Shown here: one piece after another, positions 1-9,160 of the stretch
How positions within the stretch are numbered: position 1 is the stretch's first letter
How the letters are laid out: every line of letters begins with the position of its first letter
From: an uncultured Chloroflexia bacterium
GTDB lineage: Bacteria; Chloroflexota; Limnocylindria; Limnocylindrales; CSP1-4
Reading direction: 5' to 3'
DNA length: 64,000 bases
NCBI GenBank assembly: GCA_963763775.1
Contig: CAVXPZ010000004.1
Location: forward strand, 384,001 to 448,000
Position numbers and translations under genes: made by a program
Notes under the pieces: generated by a model
Databases searched by the model: none
Told to the model about the DNA's origin: nothing
The model's input: only the letters and a program-made list of their open reading frames with translations

Positions 1-465
1 GATCGGCAGCTCCGGGATCATCGGCATGTAGATCGCGACGCGGTCGCCGGTGCCCACGCCGAGCTCCTTGAGCGCATTGGCCGTGCGGCTCACCTCGCGG
101 AGGAGGTCGGCGAACGTCAGCGTCCGCGTGTCCCCGGGCTCGCCGATCCAGTGGTACGCGACCTTGTCCCCGAGGCCGTTCGCGACGTGGCGGTCGAGGC
201 AGTTGTAGCTGATGTTCAGCTTCCCGCCGGTGAACCACTTGGCGAACGGGAGGTCCCACTCCAGCGTCGTGTGGAAGGGCTCGAACCAGTCGATCCGCTC
301 GCGCGCCAGGCGCGCCCAGAACGCCTCGTAGTCCGCCTCGGCCTCGAGGTAGAGGTCGCCCGTCGCATTCGCCTGCGCGACGAAGGCGGGGTCCGGCGGG
401 AAGGTGCGGTTCTCGTCGAGAAGGTTCTCGATCTCCGGCGAGGGTTGGGACGGCTCGACGGTCAC
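1..465 (-). CDS. acs: Acetyl-CoA synthetase, N-terminal part (runs off window start)
   Basis: Manual translation: [24 protein letters not shown]...[16 protein letters not shown]...[19 protein letters not shown]...[20 protein letters not shown] before the GTG at 465. Confidence 0.93.
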   Translation of the reverse strand, partial: MTVEPSQPSPEIENLLDENRTFPPDPAFVAQANATGDLYLEAEADYEAFWARLARERIDWFEPFHTTLEWDLPFAKWFTGGKLNISYNCLDRHVANGLGDKVAYHWIGEPGDTRTLTFADLLREVSRTANALKELGVGTGDRVAIYMPMIPELPI

Positions 466-593
466 AGGGCCCTCCGATCGTTCGACGCTGGAGTCGCCAT
501 TCTAGCCAGCCTCCACACCCGCGACCGCGTGGGTACCATGGTCGGGCGTGAGCCCGCCCTCCCCGCGGGCCAGGCGTCACAGGAGACACCACC

Positions 594-1142
594 ATGGCCG
601 ACCAGGGACATCGCCTCTTCGTGCTCGGGTATCCCGACGCGGCCCTCGCGGAAGCCGCGGTCGCCGAGCTGGAACAGCTCTCGCATGACGGGTTCCTGCG
701 CGACATCGACTGGGCCATCGTCACCAAGGACGCCGATGGCCACGTGACGTCACGCGAGACGACGGACGCGGACGCCGGTCCGGCGAAAGGGGCCGTCGCG
801 GGCGGCGTGGCCGGAGCCCTGATCGCGGTGATGGCCGGGCCGATCGGGATCGCGGGCGTGGCGGTGGCCGCCGGGGCCGGCGCCGTCGTCGCGGCCCTGC
901 ACGACAGCGGGTTCAAGGACAAGGACCTGACCGCGGTCTCGGACCTGATGCAGCCGGGCCGCACGGTCCTGCTCATGGACGTCAAGCCCGAGTACGTCGA
1001 CAAGATGCGCAGCGCCCTCACCGACGTGCCCGAGTTCGTCGCGGCCGACCGCCGGCTCGAGTCACCGGTCGACGGCGCCTCCGGGAACCTGCTCCGGGCC
1101 GCCGTGGCGGACTACAAGGCCCAGGGACCCGCCGGCGCATGA
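594..1142 (+). CDS. DUF1269-like membrane protein with glycine-zipper segment
   Basis: GAVAGGVAGALI...GAGAVVAALHDSGF...LMQPGRTVLL pattern; AGGAG SD. Confidence 0.7.
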   Translation: MADQGHRLFVLGYPDAALAEAAVAELEQLSHDGFLRDIDWAIVTKDADGHVTSRETTDADAGPAKGAVAGGVAGALIAVMAGPIGIAGVAVAAGAGAVVAALHDSGFKDKDLTAVSDLMQPGRTVLLMDVKPEYVDKMRSALTDVPEFVAADRRLESPVDGASGNLLRAAVADYKAQGPAGA

Positions 1143-1178
1143 CCCGCGCCATCGACCGCGGCTAGAGCCCGGTCGCGG

Positions 1179-2093
1179 CTACTCGTCGGGGAGGAGGTCC
1201 TCCTCGGTCGGCCCGGTCCCCGGTTCCCGCGTGAGCACGACCCGCTGGGGCCGCGGGATCTCGATGCCGTTCGCCTGGAAGGCCGCCAGGAGGCGCTTGC
1301 GGAGCTCGCCCGCGGCCGCCCACTGGTCTGGGGCCCGCACCGTGCCGAGGATCTTGAGCGTCACGCCGTACTCCGCGAGCGCCTCGACGCGCTCCACGTG
1401 CGGCGCCTCCATGACGCGCCGCTTCCATGCCGGGTCGGCGGCCATGTCCCGGCCGACCGTGTCCACCACGCCGATGGCCCGGTCCATGTCCGTGCCGTAC
1501 GCGACCGTCACGTCCTGGTTGATGCGCGACCAGACGCGGGTCAGATTGGACGCGACCTTGATCTCGCCGTTGGGGACGGTGTGGACGACGCCGTCGATGT
1601 CGCGCAGGGTCGTCCGGCGCAGCGTGAAGTCCTCGACGGTGCCCGCCACGCCGCCGATGCGGACGACGTCGCCCTTCGCGAACTGGTTCTCGATGAGGAT
1701 CAGCGACCCGTTGAGGTAGTCGCGGACCAGGCTCTGCGCGCCGAAACCCACCGCGATCCCGACGACGCCCAGGCCGGCGACGGCCGGCCCGATGTCGATC
1801 CCGACCTGGCCCAGGACCATCAGTCCGGCGATCACGACGATGAAGAACTGGAGCGTGCCGCCGAGCAGGCCGTCCAGGGTCGTCATCCGCTTGTTGAGCT
1901 CGACCGAGCTGAGCTCCTGGGCCGTGCCCTCGGTCGCCTCTCGGTCGAGCAGCGTCTTGACGACGCCGTGCACGAAGACCCGCGTCAGCCGCACCGCGAT
2001 GAGCGCGCCGACGATGATGAGCAGGACCGGGAGCAGCTCGGTGCGAGCGGTCTGGATCCACTCGCTCCAGGGCTTCGAGGTGAGGTCAGGCAT
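1179..2093 (-). CDS. Small-conductance mechanosensitive channel (MscS family)
   Basis: GVVGIAVGFGAQSLVRDYLNG, ENQFAKGDVVRIGGVAGTVE, VPNGEI motifs. Confidence 0.92.
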   Translation of the reverse strand: MPDLTSKPWSEWIQTARTELLPVLLIIVGALIAVRLTRVFVHGVVKTLLDREATEGTAQELSSVELNKRMTTLDGLLGGTLQFFIVVIAGLMVLGQVGIDIGPAVAGLGVVGIAVGFGAQSLVRDYLNGSLILIENQFAKGDVVRIGGVAGTVEDFTLRRTTLRDIDGVVHTVPNGEIKVASNLTRVWSRINQDVTVAYGTDMDRAIGVVDTVGRDMAADPAWKRRVMEAPHVERVEALAEYGVTLKILGTVRAPDQWAAAGELRKRLLAAFQANGIEIPRPQRVVLTREPGTGPTEEDLLPDE

Positions 2094-2973
2094 CGGCCGC
2101 CGGCGCCGGGGCGGTGGGGTCCGCGACGCGGATCCGCTGCGCGGTCACGAGCTCGATCCCCTCGGCCGTGAGGGCCGCCACCACGCGCTGGCGGAACTCC
2201 CCGTTGAGCCGGAACCGTTCGCTCGCCCGGATGCGACCGCTGACGAGCAGGCGGACCCCGGACGCGTCGACCCCGTTGACGCGGAGCATGGCGGGGGCGT
2301 CGAGGACGAAGTGGCCGTCGACCGGGTCGGCCGCGAACCTCTCGCCGGCGGCGTCGATGATCCGCCGCGCGTCGTCGACGCGGTTCGCGTCGACGATCCC
2401 GATCTCGAACCGGATGCGCGACCAGACACGCGTCTGGTTGATCGCCACGCGGATCTCGCCGTTCGGGACGGTGATCAGGTCACCGGCCTCGTCACGCAGA
2501 GTCGTCCGGCGCAGGCTGATCGTCTCCACCTCGCCGCTCGCTCCGGCGATCGTCACCCAGTCGCCGATCCCGAACTGGTTCTCGAGCACGATGATCATGC
2601 CGCCGACGTAGTCGCGGACGACATCCTGGGCCACGAAGGCCATGCCCGCCACCACCACGGCCAGCACCAGCACCACCGACGTCAGCCCGAGCTCGACCAG
2701 CACGGCCAGCGTCGCGAACGTGACGATGACCAGGCGGAGCAGCCAGTCCACGAGCCAGGTGATGGTGTCGACGCGTTTCTGGGTCTCCGCGAGGGTCATC
2801 TCGCGGGTCTCGTCGTCAACGTCGGTCGGCTGGACCCTCCGGATGATGACCGGGAGGACGAACCGCTGGGCGATCCGCAGGATCAGATACGCGATGACCG
2901 CGACGATGAGGATCGACAGCGCGGATGCCGCGACCGTGCCGATCGCGTTCGTGAGGTCTTCGGAGCTGGGCAT
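2086..2973 (-). CDS. MscS-family channel, divergent paralog
   Basis: AFVAQDVVRDYVGG, ENQFGIGDWVTIAGASGEVE, TVPNGEI; overlaps the downstream paralog by 8 nt. Confidence 0.88.
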   Translation of the reverse strand: MPSSEDLTNAIGTVAASALSILIVAVIAYLILRIAQRFVLPVIIRRVQPTDVDDETREMTLAETQKRVDTITWLVDWLLRLVIVTFATLAVLVELGLTSVVLVLAVVVAGMAFVAQDVVRDYVGGMIIVLENQFGIGDWVTIAGASGEVETISLRRTTLRDEAGDLITVPNGEIRVAINQTRVWSRIRFEIGIVDANRVDDARRIIDAAGERFAADPVDGHFVLDAPAMLRVNGVDASGVRLLVSGRIRASERFRLNGEFRQRVVAALTAEGIELVTAQRIRVADPTAPAPAADA

Positions 2974-3019
2974 CGATACAGCCTAGCGCCCGCGGCGGCT
3001 GTGGCGCGGGAAGGCCCGG

Positions 3020-3790
3020 TCAGGCCGCGGCGCCACCAAGGCGGATCGAGATGGCTGCGGCGGCCTCGCGAGCCTGGGCTGCGAGCTCCGGGACGCGGCG
3101 CGGGGTCAGGCGAAACGCTGGACCCCAGATGTCGACCGCCGCGATGACATTGCCGCGCGCGTCGTGGACAGGCGCGGCGACCGCGTTGAGCCCGAGCTCG
3201 TACTCGCCGATCGCGGTGGCATAGCCGCGGCGACGGATCCGGGCCAGCTCCTCGAGGAGCGGTTCGAGCTCGGTGATGGTCCGTTCCGTGTACGACACGA
3301 GACCGCGCCGGACGATGCGGAGGACCTCGCGCTCGGCCAGGGCCGCGAGCAGGACCTTGCCGGTGGCGACGCAGTGCAGCGGTGTCGAGCGACCCGTCCA
3401 GTCGCCGACGGCGATGAGGTTCGGGCCATCGACCTGGGCGACGGCCAGCATCGACTCGCCGTCGAGGATCCCGAGCCCGGTGGTCTCGTGGGTCAGCCGG
3501 GCCAACCGCTCGAGCTCGGGCATCGCGATCCCCCGCAGGTCGAGCGTGCGCTCGGCGCGTTCGGCGAGCCGGATCACGACGAGGCCGAGCCGGTACTTGC
3601 CGGTCTCGCCGTCCTGTTCGACGAGCCCGCGTCGCTGCAGCGTCGCGAGGAGCCGCGAGGCCGTGGACTTGTGCAGTCCGAGTCGCCGCGCGAGCTCGGT
3701 GACCCCGGCCTCGCCCTGGCTCTCGCCGAGTGCGAGGAGGAGGGCGGCCGCCCGATCGACCGACCGGACCGCGTTGCCGTCAAGGACCAT
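3020..3790 (-). CDS. IclR-family transcriptional regulator
   Basis: VRSVDRAAALL...GVTELARRLGLHKSTASRLL HTH; PLHCVATGKVLLA and RRRGYA...AVAAPV C-terminal domain; start taken at ATG 3790. Confidence 0.93.
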   Translation of the reverse strand: MVLDGNAVRSVDRAAALLLALGESQGEAGVTELARRLGLHKSTASRLLATLQRRGLVEQDGETGKYRLGLVVIRLAERAERTLDLRGIAMPELERLARLTHETTGLGILDGESMLAVAQVDGPNLIAVGDWTGRSTPLHCVATGKVLLAALAEREVLRIVRRGLVSYTERTITELEPLLEELARIRRRGYATAIGEYELGLNAVAAPVHDARGNVIAAVDIWGPAFRLTPRRVPELAAQAREAAAAISIRLGGAAA

Positions 3791-3807
3791 CGATGCTCCG
3801 ATCCAGC

Positions 3808-5208
3808 TCAGCCGGCGCCCGGCGACGACATGCCGCCGTGCGGCGTCGGGGCCGCGGCGTGATGCGCGCGGTCCTCGAGGGCGGCGTCGAGCGAGTCCGA
3901 GAACGCCGTCAGCACGCGATCGATGATGTCCTCGGTCGCGTGCGCCTCGCACATGAACCACGGCTCGCGGGAGTCAGGTTCCGGCATCGCGCCGCGCGCG
4001 TGCATGCCGATGGCGATCGCGTCGTACAGCTCGTGGTCCGTGGTGGCCCAGTCGCGGTACTCGCTCGCCTCCTCCTCGCGGAACATGATCCCGAACATCG
4101 CCGGGTGTCCCGTGAAGTGGTAGGCGAGGCCCTTCGGGTTGAGGATCTCCGTGAGGCCCGCCTGGAGGCGGCGCCCGGTCGCGTGGACCGTCTCGAGGGC
4201 GTTCGTCTCCTTGAGGATCGTGAGCGTCTTCACCGCGGCCGCCGCCGCCACGCGGTTGCCGGCGTACGTGCCGCCGTGGCTGACCTTGTCGGGCAGCATC
4301 TCCATGACTTCGCGCCGGCCGCCGAACGCGGCCGCCGGGTAGCCGTTGCCCATCGCCTTCGCATACGTCGCGAGGTCGGGCGTGATCCCGAAGAACTCCG
4401 CCGCGCCGCCGCGGGCGAACCGGAAGCCGGTCTTGACCTCGTCGAAGATCAGGAGGATCCCGAATTCCTCGGTCAGGGCCCGCATGGCCTGATGGAACCC
4501 GGGCTTGGGCATGATGCCCTGGGCATTGCCGAGGACGGGCTCCACGATGATGGCCGCGATCTCGTGGCCCTGGCGCTCGAAGATCTTGCGCAGGGCGTCG
4601 ATGTCGTTGTAGCGCGCCGGGATGATCGTGTCGGCGACGGCTCCGGGGATCCCGCGGCCCCAGGCGAGCGCGACGGGCGCATCCGCGTCACCGAGCTCGG
4701 ACATGTCGTCCGGTCCGACGCTGATCAGCGCGTAGTCATGGACGCCGTGGTACTGGCCCTCGAACTTCACGATCTTCTCGCGGCCGGTGAAGGCGCGGGC
4801 GACGCGCATCGCGTGCATCGTCGCCTCGGTGCCGGACACGGTCAGCCGCGCCATGTCGACCCAGCCGGTGAGCTCGCAGAGGAGCTCGATCGCGCGGACC
4901 TCGTCCTCGCTCGTCAGGCTGAAACTGACCCCCTGGCGCATCCGCTCGTTGACGTAGTCGTCGACGCGCGCGTCGCCGTGCCCGAGGATGACCGGGCCGT
5001 AGCCCATCCGCAGGTCGACGTACTCGTTGCCGTCGTAGTCCCAGACCAGCCCGCCCTGGCCGCGATCGACGTAGATCGTGTCCTTGCCCCACGACCGGAA
5101 ATTGGAGTCCGCGCCGCCGGGCATGTGCCGCATCGCGCGCTCGTACATCTCGAGCTGGCGTCGACGATCGAGGGTCGGGGTCGTCTGGGCGGCGGGCTCG
5201 GTGGCCAT
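3808..5208 (-). CDS. Class-III PLP aminotransferase (GSA-aminomutase-like, probably not true HemL)
   Basis: SGTEATM, KFEGQYHG, IFDEVKTGFR, PLP lysine in TYAKAMGNGYP, SHGGTYAGN. Confidence 0.88.
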   Translation of the reverse strand: MATEPAAQTTPTLDRRRQLEMYERAMRHMPGGADSNFRSWGKDTIYVDRGQGGLVWDYDGNEYVDLRMGYGPVILGHGDARVDDYVNERMRQGVSFSLTSEDEVRAIELLCELTGWVDMARLTVSGTEATMHAMRVARAFTGREKIVKFEGQYHGVHDYALISVGPDDMSELGDADAPVALAWGRGIPGAVADTIIPARYNDIDALRKIFERQGHEIAAIIVEPVLGNAQGIMPKPGFHQAMRALTEEFGILLIFDEVKTGFRFARGGAAEFFGITPDLATYAKAMGNGYPAAAFGGRREVMEMLPDKVSHGGTYAGNRVAAAAAVKTLTILKETNALETVHATGRRLQAGLTEILNPKGLAYHFTGHPAMFGIMFREEEASEYRDWATTDHELYDAIAIGMHARGAMPEPDSREPWFMCEAHATEDIIDRVLTAFSDSLDAALEDRAHHAAAPTPHGGMSSPGAG

Positions 5209-5283
5209 GAGGTCCTCATCGTTCGGGTTGGGCCGGCCCGGTCCGTGGGACGCCGGTTGCGTGGAGTGGGACGGGCGGCCGCC

Positions 5284-5313
5284 ATCGTGCCATAGCCACG
5301 CTGTGGGCGTCAA
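5284..5313 (-). promoter_or_regulatory. Putative sigma70 promoter of the aminotransferase-iclR unit
   Basis: Minus strand TTGACG-N18-CACGAT. Confidence 0.45.
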
Positions 5314-5341
5314 CGCGACATTCGTCGTGACGGAGGGCCTG

Positions 5342-5362
5342 CACGTGCGAATCCCGCACGTG
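5342..5362. promoter_or_regulatory. Perfect 8-bp inverted repeat between divergent genes, candidate operator
   Basis: CACGTGCG-AATCC-CGCACGTG. Confidence 0.45.
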
Positions 5363-5408
5363 TCCGGGCGACCGGCCACGGGATGCGTGCGCGTGGCACC
5401 ATGGCCGG

Positions 5409-6797
5409 GTGACCCTCCCGCACGAGCCGATCAGCTACTGGCTGCGAGCCGATGGCGAGCCGATGGATCCGCCGCCGCCCGACGGCGAGCGGATCGACGC
5501 GGACGTCGCGATCGTCGGTGGCGGGTTCACCGGGCTCTGGACGGCCATCGCCCTGACGGACACGGACCCGTCGCTGCGGGTGGTCGTGCTCGAGGCGGAG
5601 ACCGTCGCGTTCGGCGCGAGCGGCCGCAACGGCGGCTTCTGCGAGGCCAGCCTGACCCATGGACTCGCCAACGGGATCAGGCACTTCCCGGACGAGCTGG
5701 AGCGTCTCGAGACCGAGGGGATCGAGAACCTGCAGGGCCTCATCGCCTTCACCCGAGAGCACGGGATCGCCTGCGACCTCGAGGAGACCGGCACGCTCGG
5801 GCTCGCCGACCAGGCCTACCAGGTCGACGAGTTCCGGGCGTGGGTCGACGAGGCGGCGGACTGGGGTGAGCACCTCGAGTTCCTGGACCGCGACGCGGTG
5901 CAGGCTGAGGTCCACTCGCCGATCTGGCACGCGGGGCTCTACCGGCCGCCGGGCCGCGACATCCTCGTGGACCCGGCGAAGCTGTGCCGCGGCGTCGCCC
6001 GGGTCGCGCGGTCCCGCGGCGTCCGGATCCACGAGCACACCCGGGTGTCCGGGCTCGAGCGCGTGGCCGGCGGTGTCCTGGTCCGCACCGGTGCCGGCGC
6101 CACGATCCGAGCGGACCACGTGGTGGTCGGGACCTCGGCGTATTCCGGCTGGCTGCGACGCCTCTCGCCGCTCTTCGTGCCCGTCTACGACTACGTCCTG
6201 GTGTCGGACCCGCTGACACCCGACGAGCGGCGCTCGATCGGCTGGGCGCGCCGCCAGGGCCTGTCCGACTCGAACAACCAGTTCCACTACTTCCGGCTCA
6301 CGGCGGACGACCGCATCCTGTGGGGCGGCTACGACGCCGTGCACTACTTCGGGAGCAAGGTGGACCCCTCGCTCGACGGGCGGCCGGCCACGTTCGAGAA
6401 GCTCGAGGCCCAGTTCTTCCGGGCGTTCCCGCAGCTCGAAGGCCTCCGGTTCCCGTACCGCTGGGGCGGGCCGATCGACACGACCTCGCGGTTCACGGTC
6501 ACCTTCGGACAGACGATGGGCGGCCGGGTGACCTACGCCCTCGGCTACACGGGCCTCGGGGTCGGGGCGAGCCGGTGGGCCGGTGGCGTCGTCCGCGACT
6601 TCCTCCTGCGCCCCGCCGAGGACCGCCTCCAGCTCCGCATCGTCCGCAGCGCCCCGGTCCCGTTCCCGCCCGAGCCGCTGCGCTCCGTGACGATCGACGT
6701 GGTCCGCCGCGAGCTCGACCGAGCCGACCGCGAGGACGGACGGCGCGGCCTCCTGCTGCGGACCCTCGACGCGCTCGGGATCGGCTTCGACTCCTGA
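5409..6797 (+). CDS. FAD-dependent oxidoreductase (DAO/PuuB-like amine oxidase family)
   Basis: VAIVGGGFTGLWTA, GASGRNGG, FHYFRLTADDRILWGG, GYTGLGVGASR. Confidence 0.9.
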   Translation: MTLPHEPISYWLRADGEPMDPPPPDGERIDADVAIVGGGFTGLWTAIALTDTDPSLRVVVLEAETVAFGASGRNGGFCEASLTHGLANGIRHFPDELERLETEGIENLQGLIAFTREHGIACDLEETGTLGLADQAYQVDEFRAWVDEAADWGEHLEFLDRDAVQAEVHSPIWHAGLYRPPGRDILVDPAKLCRGVARVARSRGVRIHEHTRVSGLERVAGGVLVRTGAGATIRADHVVVGTSAYSGWLRRLSPLFVPVYDYVLVSDPLTPDERRSIGWARRQGLSDSNNQFHYFRLTADDRILWGGYDAVHYFGSKVDPSLDGRPATFEKLEAQFFRAFPQLEGLRFPYRWGGPIDTTSRFTVTFGQTMGGRVTYALGYTGLGVGASRWAGGVVRDFLLRPAEDRLQLRIVRSAPVPFPPEPLRSVTIDVVRRELDRADREDGRRGLLLRTLDALGIGFDS

Positions 6798-6885
6798 CCC
6801 TCGCCCGGCGCGAGCGCGGACAGGACTTCCGGCACCCCGCTGCGGTCCCATCGGATGCCGACGACGCGAAACGATCGACGCCACG

Positions 6886-7626
6886 ATGGCCTCGACCAGG
6901 ACGGAAGGTCGGCCGCGCCCGGCGCTGACGGGATCAGCCGACGCGGGCATCCGGACCAACGCGAGATCGGTCGCGGACCGGCACCGTCCTTCCGGAACAG
7001 GACAGCGCCATGCGGACGCCGGCATCGGGGACGGACATCCATCGACGGGAGGACACGCGACGGACCAGCGGACCCACGAAGAGGACCGGGCCCTGGCCGA
7101 CGCCGTCCTCGGCGGCGACCGGGAGGCGTTCCGCGCGCTCGTCGACCGGGAGGCCCCGGTCGTGCTGGCGGTCTGCCGACGGATCCTCGCCGACCCCACC
7201 GATGCGGAAGACGCGGCGCAGGACGCCTTCCTCATCGCCTACCGGAAGCTGGGCACGTTCCGCGGCGACGGCCCCCTCGGCGGCTGGCTGATGCGCATCG
7301 CGATCCGCGAGGCCCGTGACCGAGCGCTGCGGCGCCGACCGACGTCGTCCCTCGACGATGAGGCGGGCATGCTGGAGCTTGCCGGCGATGGTCGGCATGA
7401 CCCGATCGCGAGCCTCGAAGGCCACGAGCGCCGGGCCAGCCTGCTGACGGCCATCGCCGACCTGCCCGCCCACTATCGCGACGCGGTGACGCTCCGCTAC
7501 ATCGATGAGCTGTCGTTCTCCGAGATCGCGGCCGCCACGGGGCGCCCGGAGGCGACGGTCCGGACGCATCTGCATCGAGGACTCAGCCGACTTCGCGAGC
7601 GCCTGACCGTGGAGGCCCGTCCATGA
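6886..7626 (+). CDS. ECF sigma-70 factor (start uncertain)
   Basis: GDREAFRALVDR, DAEDAAQDAFLIAYRKL..FRG, LPAHYRDAVTLRYIDELSFSEIA...TVRTHLHRG. Confidence 0.9.
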   Translation: MASTRTEGRPRPALTGSADAGIRTNARSVADRHRPSGTGQRHADAGIGDGHPSTGGHATDQRTHEEDRALADAVLGGDREAFRALVDREAPVVLAVCRRILADPTDAEDAAQDAFLIAYRKLGTFRGDGPLGGWLMRIAIREARDRALRRRPTSSLDDEAGMLELAGDGRHDPIASLEGHERRASLLTAIADLPAHYRDAVTLRYIDELSFSEIAAATGRPEATVRTHLHRGLSRLRERLTVEARP

Positions 7627-8346
7627 TCCGCCCCGACACTCGCGCCGACTTCGACGTGCCGGCGGCGTTCGCCGACTCGGTCATGCAGCGCGTGGCGACC
7701 GCGCCCGCGCCGATGCCCGCCCGCACGTTCTGGGCGGCCGTGCGCGACCGCTCGGCGTTCGACGTGCTCGGGGCCCTGACCGTCGCCTGGCGACTCGCGG
7801 CGCGAGGCGGCGCCACTCCGGTGCTGGTCCGTGCGCAGGCGCTGGCGGTGATCGTCCTCGTCGCCGCGTCACTCGCGGGCGGGACGACGATCGTCGCGGC
7901 GGCGGCGTATCGGACCGTCGCCCCGTTCCTCATCCACGACCGCCCACTGGAGCTCCTGACCGAGGCGACACCGACGGACGTCCCGGACGCGACACGCGCC
8001 CCGACGCCCATCGTCATCGCCGCCCCCGACCACCCGGATGGCCGGCCCGTCGGACGAACGGTCGCCGTCGGGGGCGCGGCGGCCGTCCGACCTGCCGATG
8101 CCCCGGGCCGCGACCGAGCCCCGAAGGCCGCCGAAGGTCCGACCGGGGGTCGCGAGGAGGACGGGATCGACCCAGCATGGCGATCACGGGACCGCCGACC
8201 ACGAGGCAGGCCAGGGTGGCGACGCCGAGTCCGGCCAGGGCGACGGATCCGACGGGTCGAGCGGCGACGGATCGTCCGACGGGTCGGACGGGTCGCACCA
8301 CGACACCTCGACGGAGAACCCCGACCCGTCGGACGGCGGCGACTGA
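7623..8346 (+). CDS. Putative membrane anti-sigma factor with G/D/S/H-rich tail (apparent +1 frameshift near 8025)
   Basis: ATGA overlap with the sigma gene; FADSVMQRV plus a TM helix; removing one C in GCCCCCGAC joins the 8038..8346 frame. Confidence 0.6.
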
Positions 8347-8487
8347 CGGACGGCCCGGCCGAGGGTGACCATCGGCGGTCGCCAGAGGTCCGAACGTACG
8401 TGGTCGATGCTGTCGCAGGCGTCGGCCACGTCGCCTCGTCCCTGGTAGACACCCGGCGACCGCCGGGTACCTGACGAAGACGAGAAG

Positions 8488-9015
8488 GTGGACCAGATGC
8501 CCGACGCTCGAGTCACCAAGGTCACCCGGGGCCTGTCGGTCGCGGCGAGCAGCTCCCTGCTGTTGCTCTCGCTTGCCGGCAGTACGTCCGCCCACGTCGC
8601 CGCCAACGGACGGGTGGTCGACGCGACCAACGACGACCTGCGTTCCCGGATCATGAGCATGGAACCCGACCTCGACGAGAACGAGGTCGAGGACCTGGTC
8701 GACGAGGTCGAGAACGCGCAGGACGAAGCCGACGCCGAGGACGCCGCCAGCGGCACGACCGACCCGGGGCAGTCGATCGAGCCGCGGCGCCACGCGCATG
8801 ACGCGGCGCAGGCCGAGGCGGAGCCCGAGAAGCACGTCGACAAGCCCGAGGCGACGGACTCCCACCACGACAGCGCGGACGACGAGAACGACGACCAGAA
8901 CGACGAGAACGAGGCCGACGACGGCGAGCACGGCAGTGGCGACCATCAGGACGGCCACGACGGCGGCTCGGACGGCGACTCCGGCGACGGATCCGGCGGC
9001 GGCTCCGGCGGCTGA
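8488..9015 (+). CDS. Secreted acidic low-complexity protein
   Basis: Signal-like LLLLSLAGSTSA followed by a D/E/H/G-rich body. Confidence 0.65.
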   Translation: MDQMPDARVTKVTRGLSVAASSSLLLLSLAGSTSAHVAANGRVVDATNDDLRSRIMSMEPDLDENEVEDLVDEVENAQDEADAEDAASGTTDPGQSIEPRRHAHDAAQAEAEPEKHVDKPEATDSHHDSADDENDDQNDENEADDGEHGSGDHQDGHDGGSDGDSGDGSGGGSGG

Positions 9016-9160
9016 CGCGGACGGCGTCATCGATGCATCCAGCCGCGTGACCGTCACGCACCAGGGCGGCCACCGACGAGGCCCCGGTCCATCGGACCGG
9101 GGCCTCGTGCCATCTTGCGGGAGCGGGTTCGTCGAGAGCCGGTGGCGGGCCGGCCGGCAC

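Noticed and set aside
3808-5208. Naming the gene hemL
   Set aside because: HemL signature residues differ and the context is catabolic, with no tetrapyrrole genes nearby.
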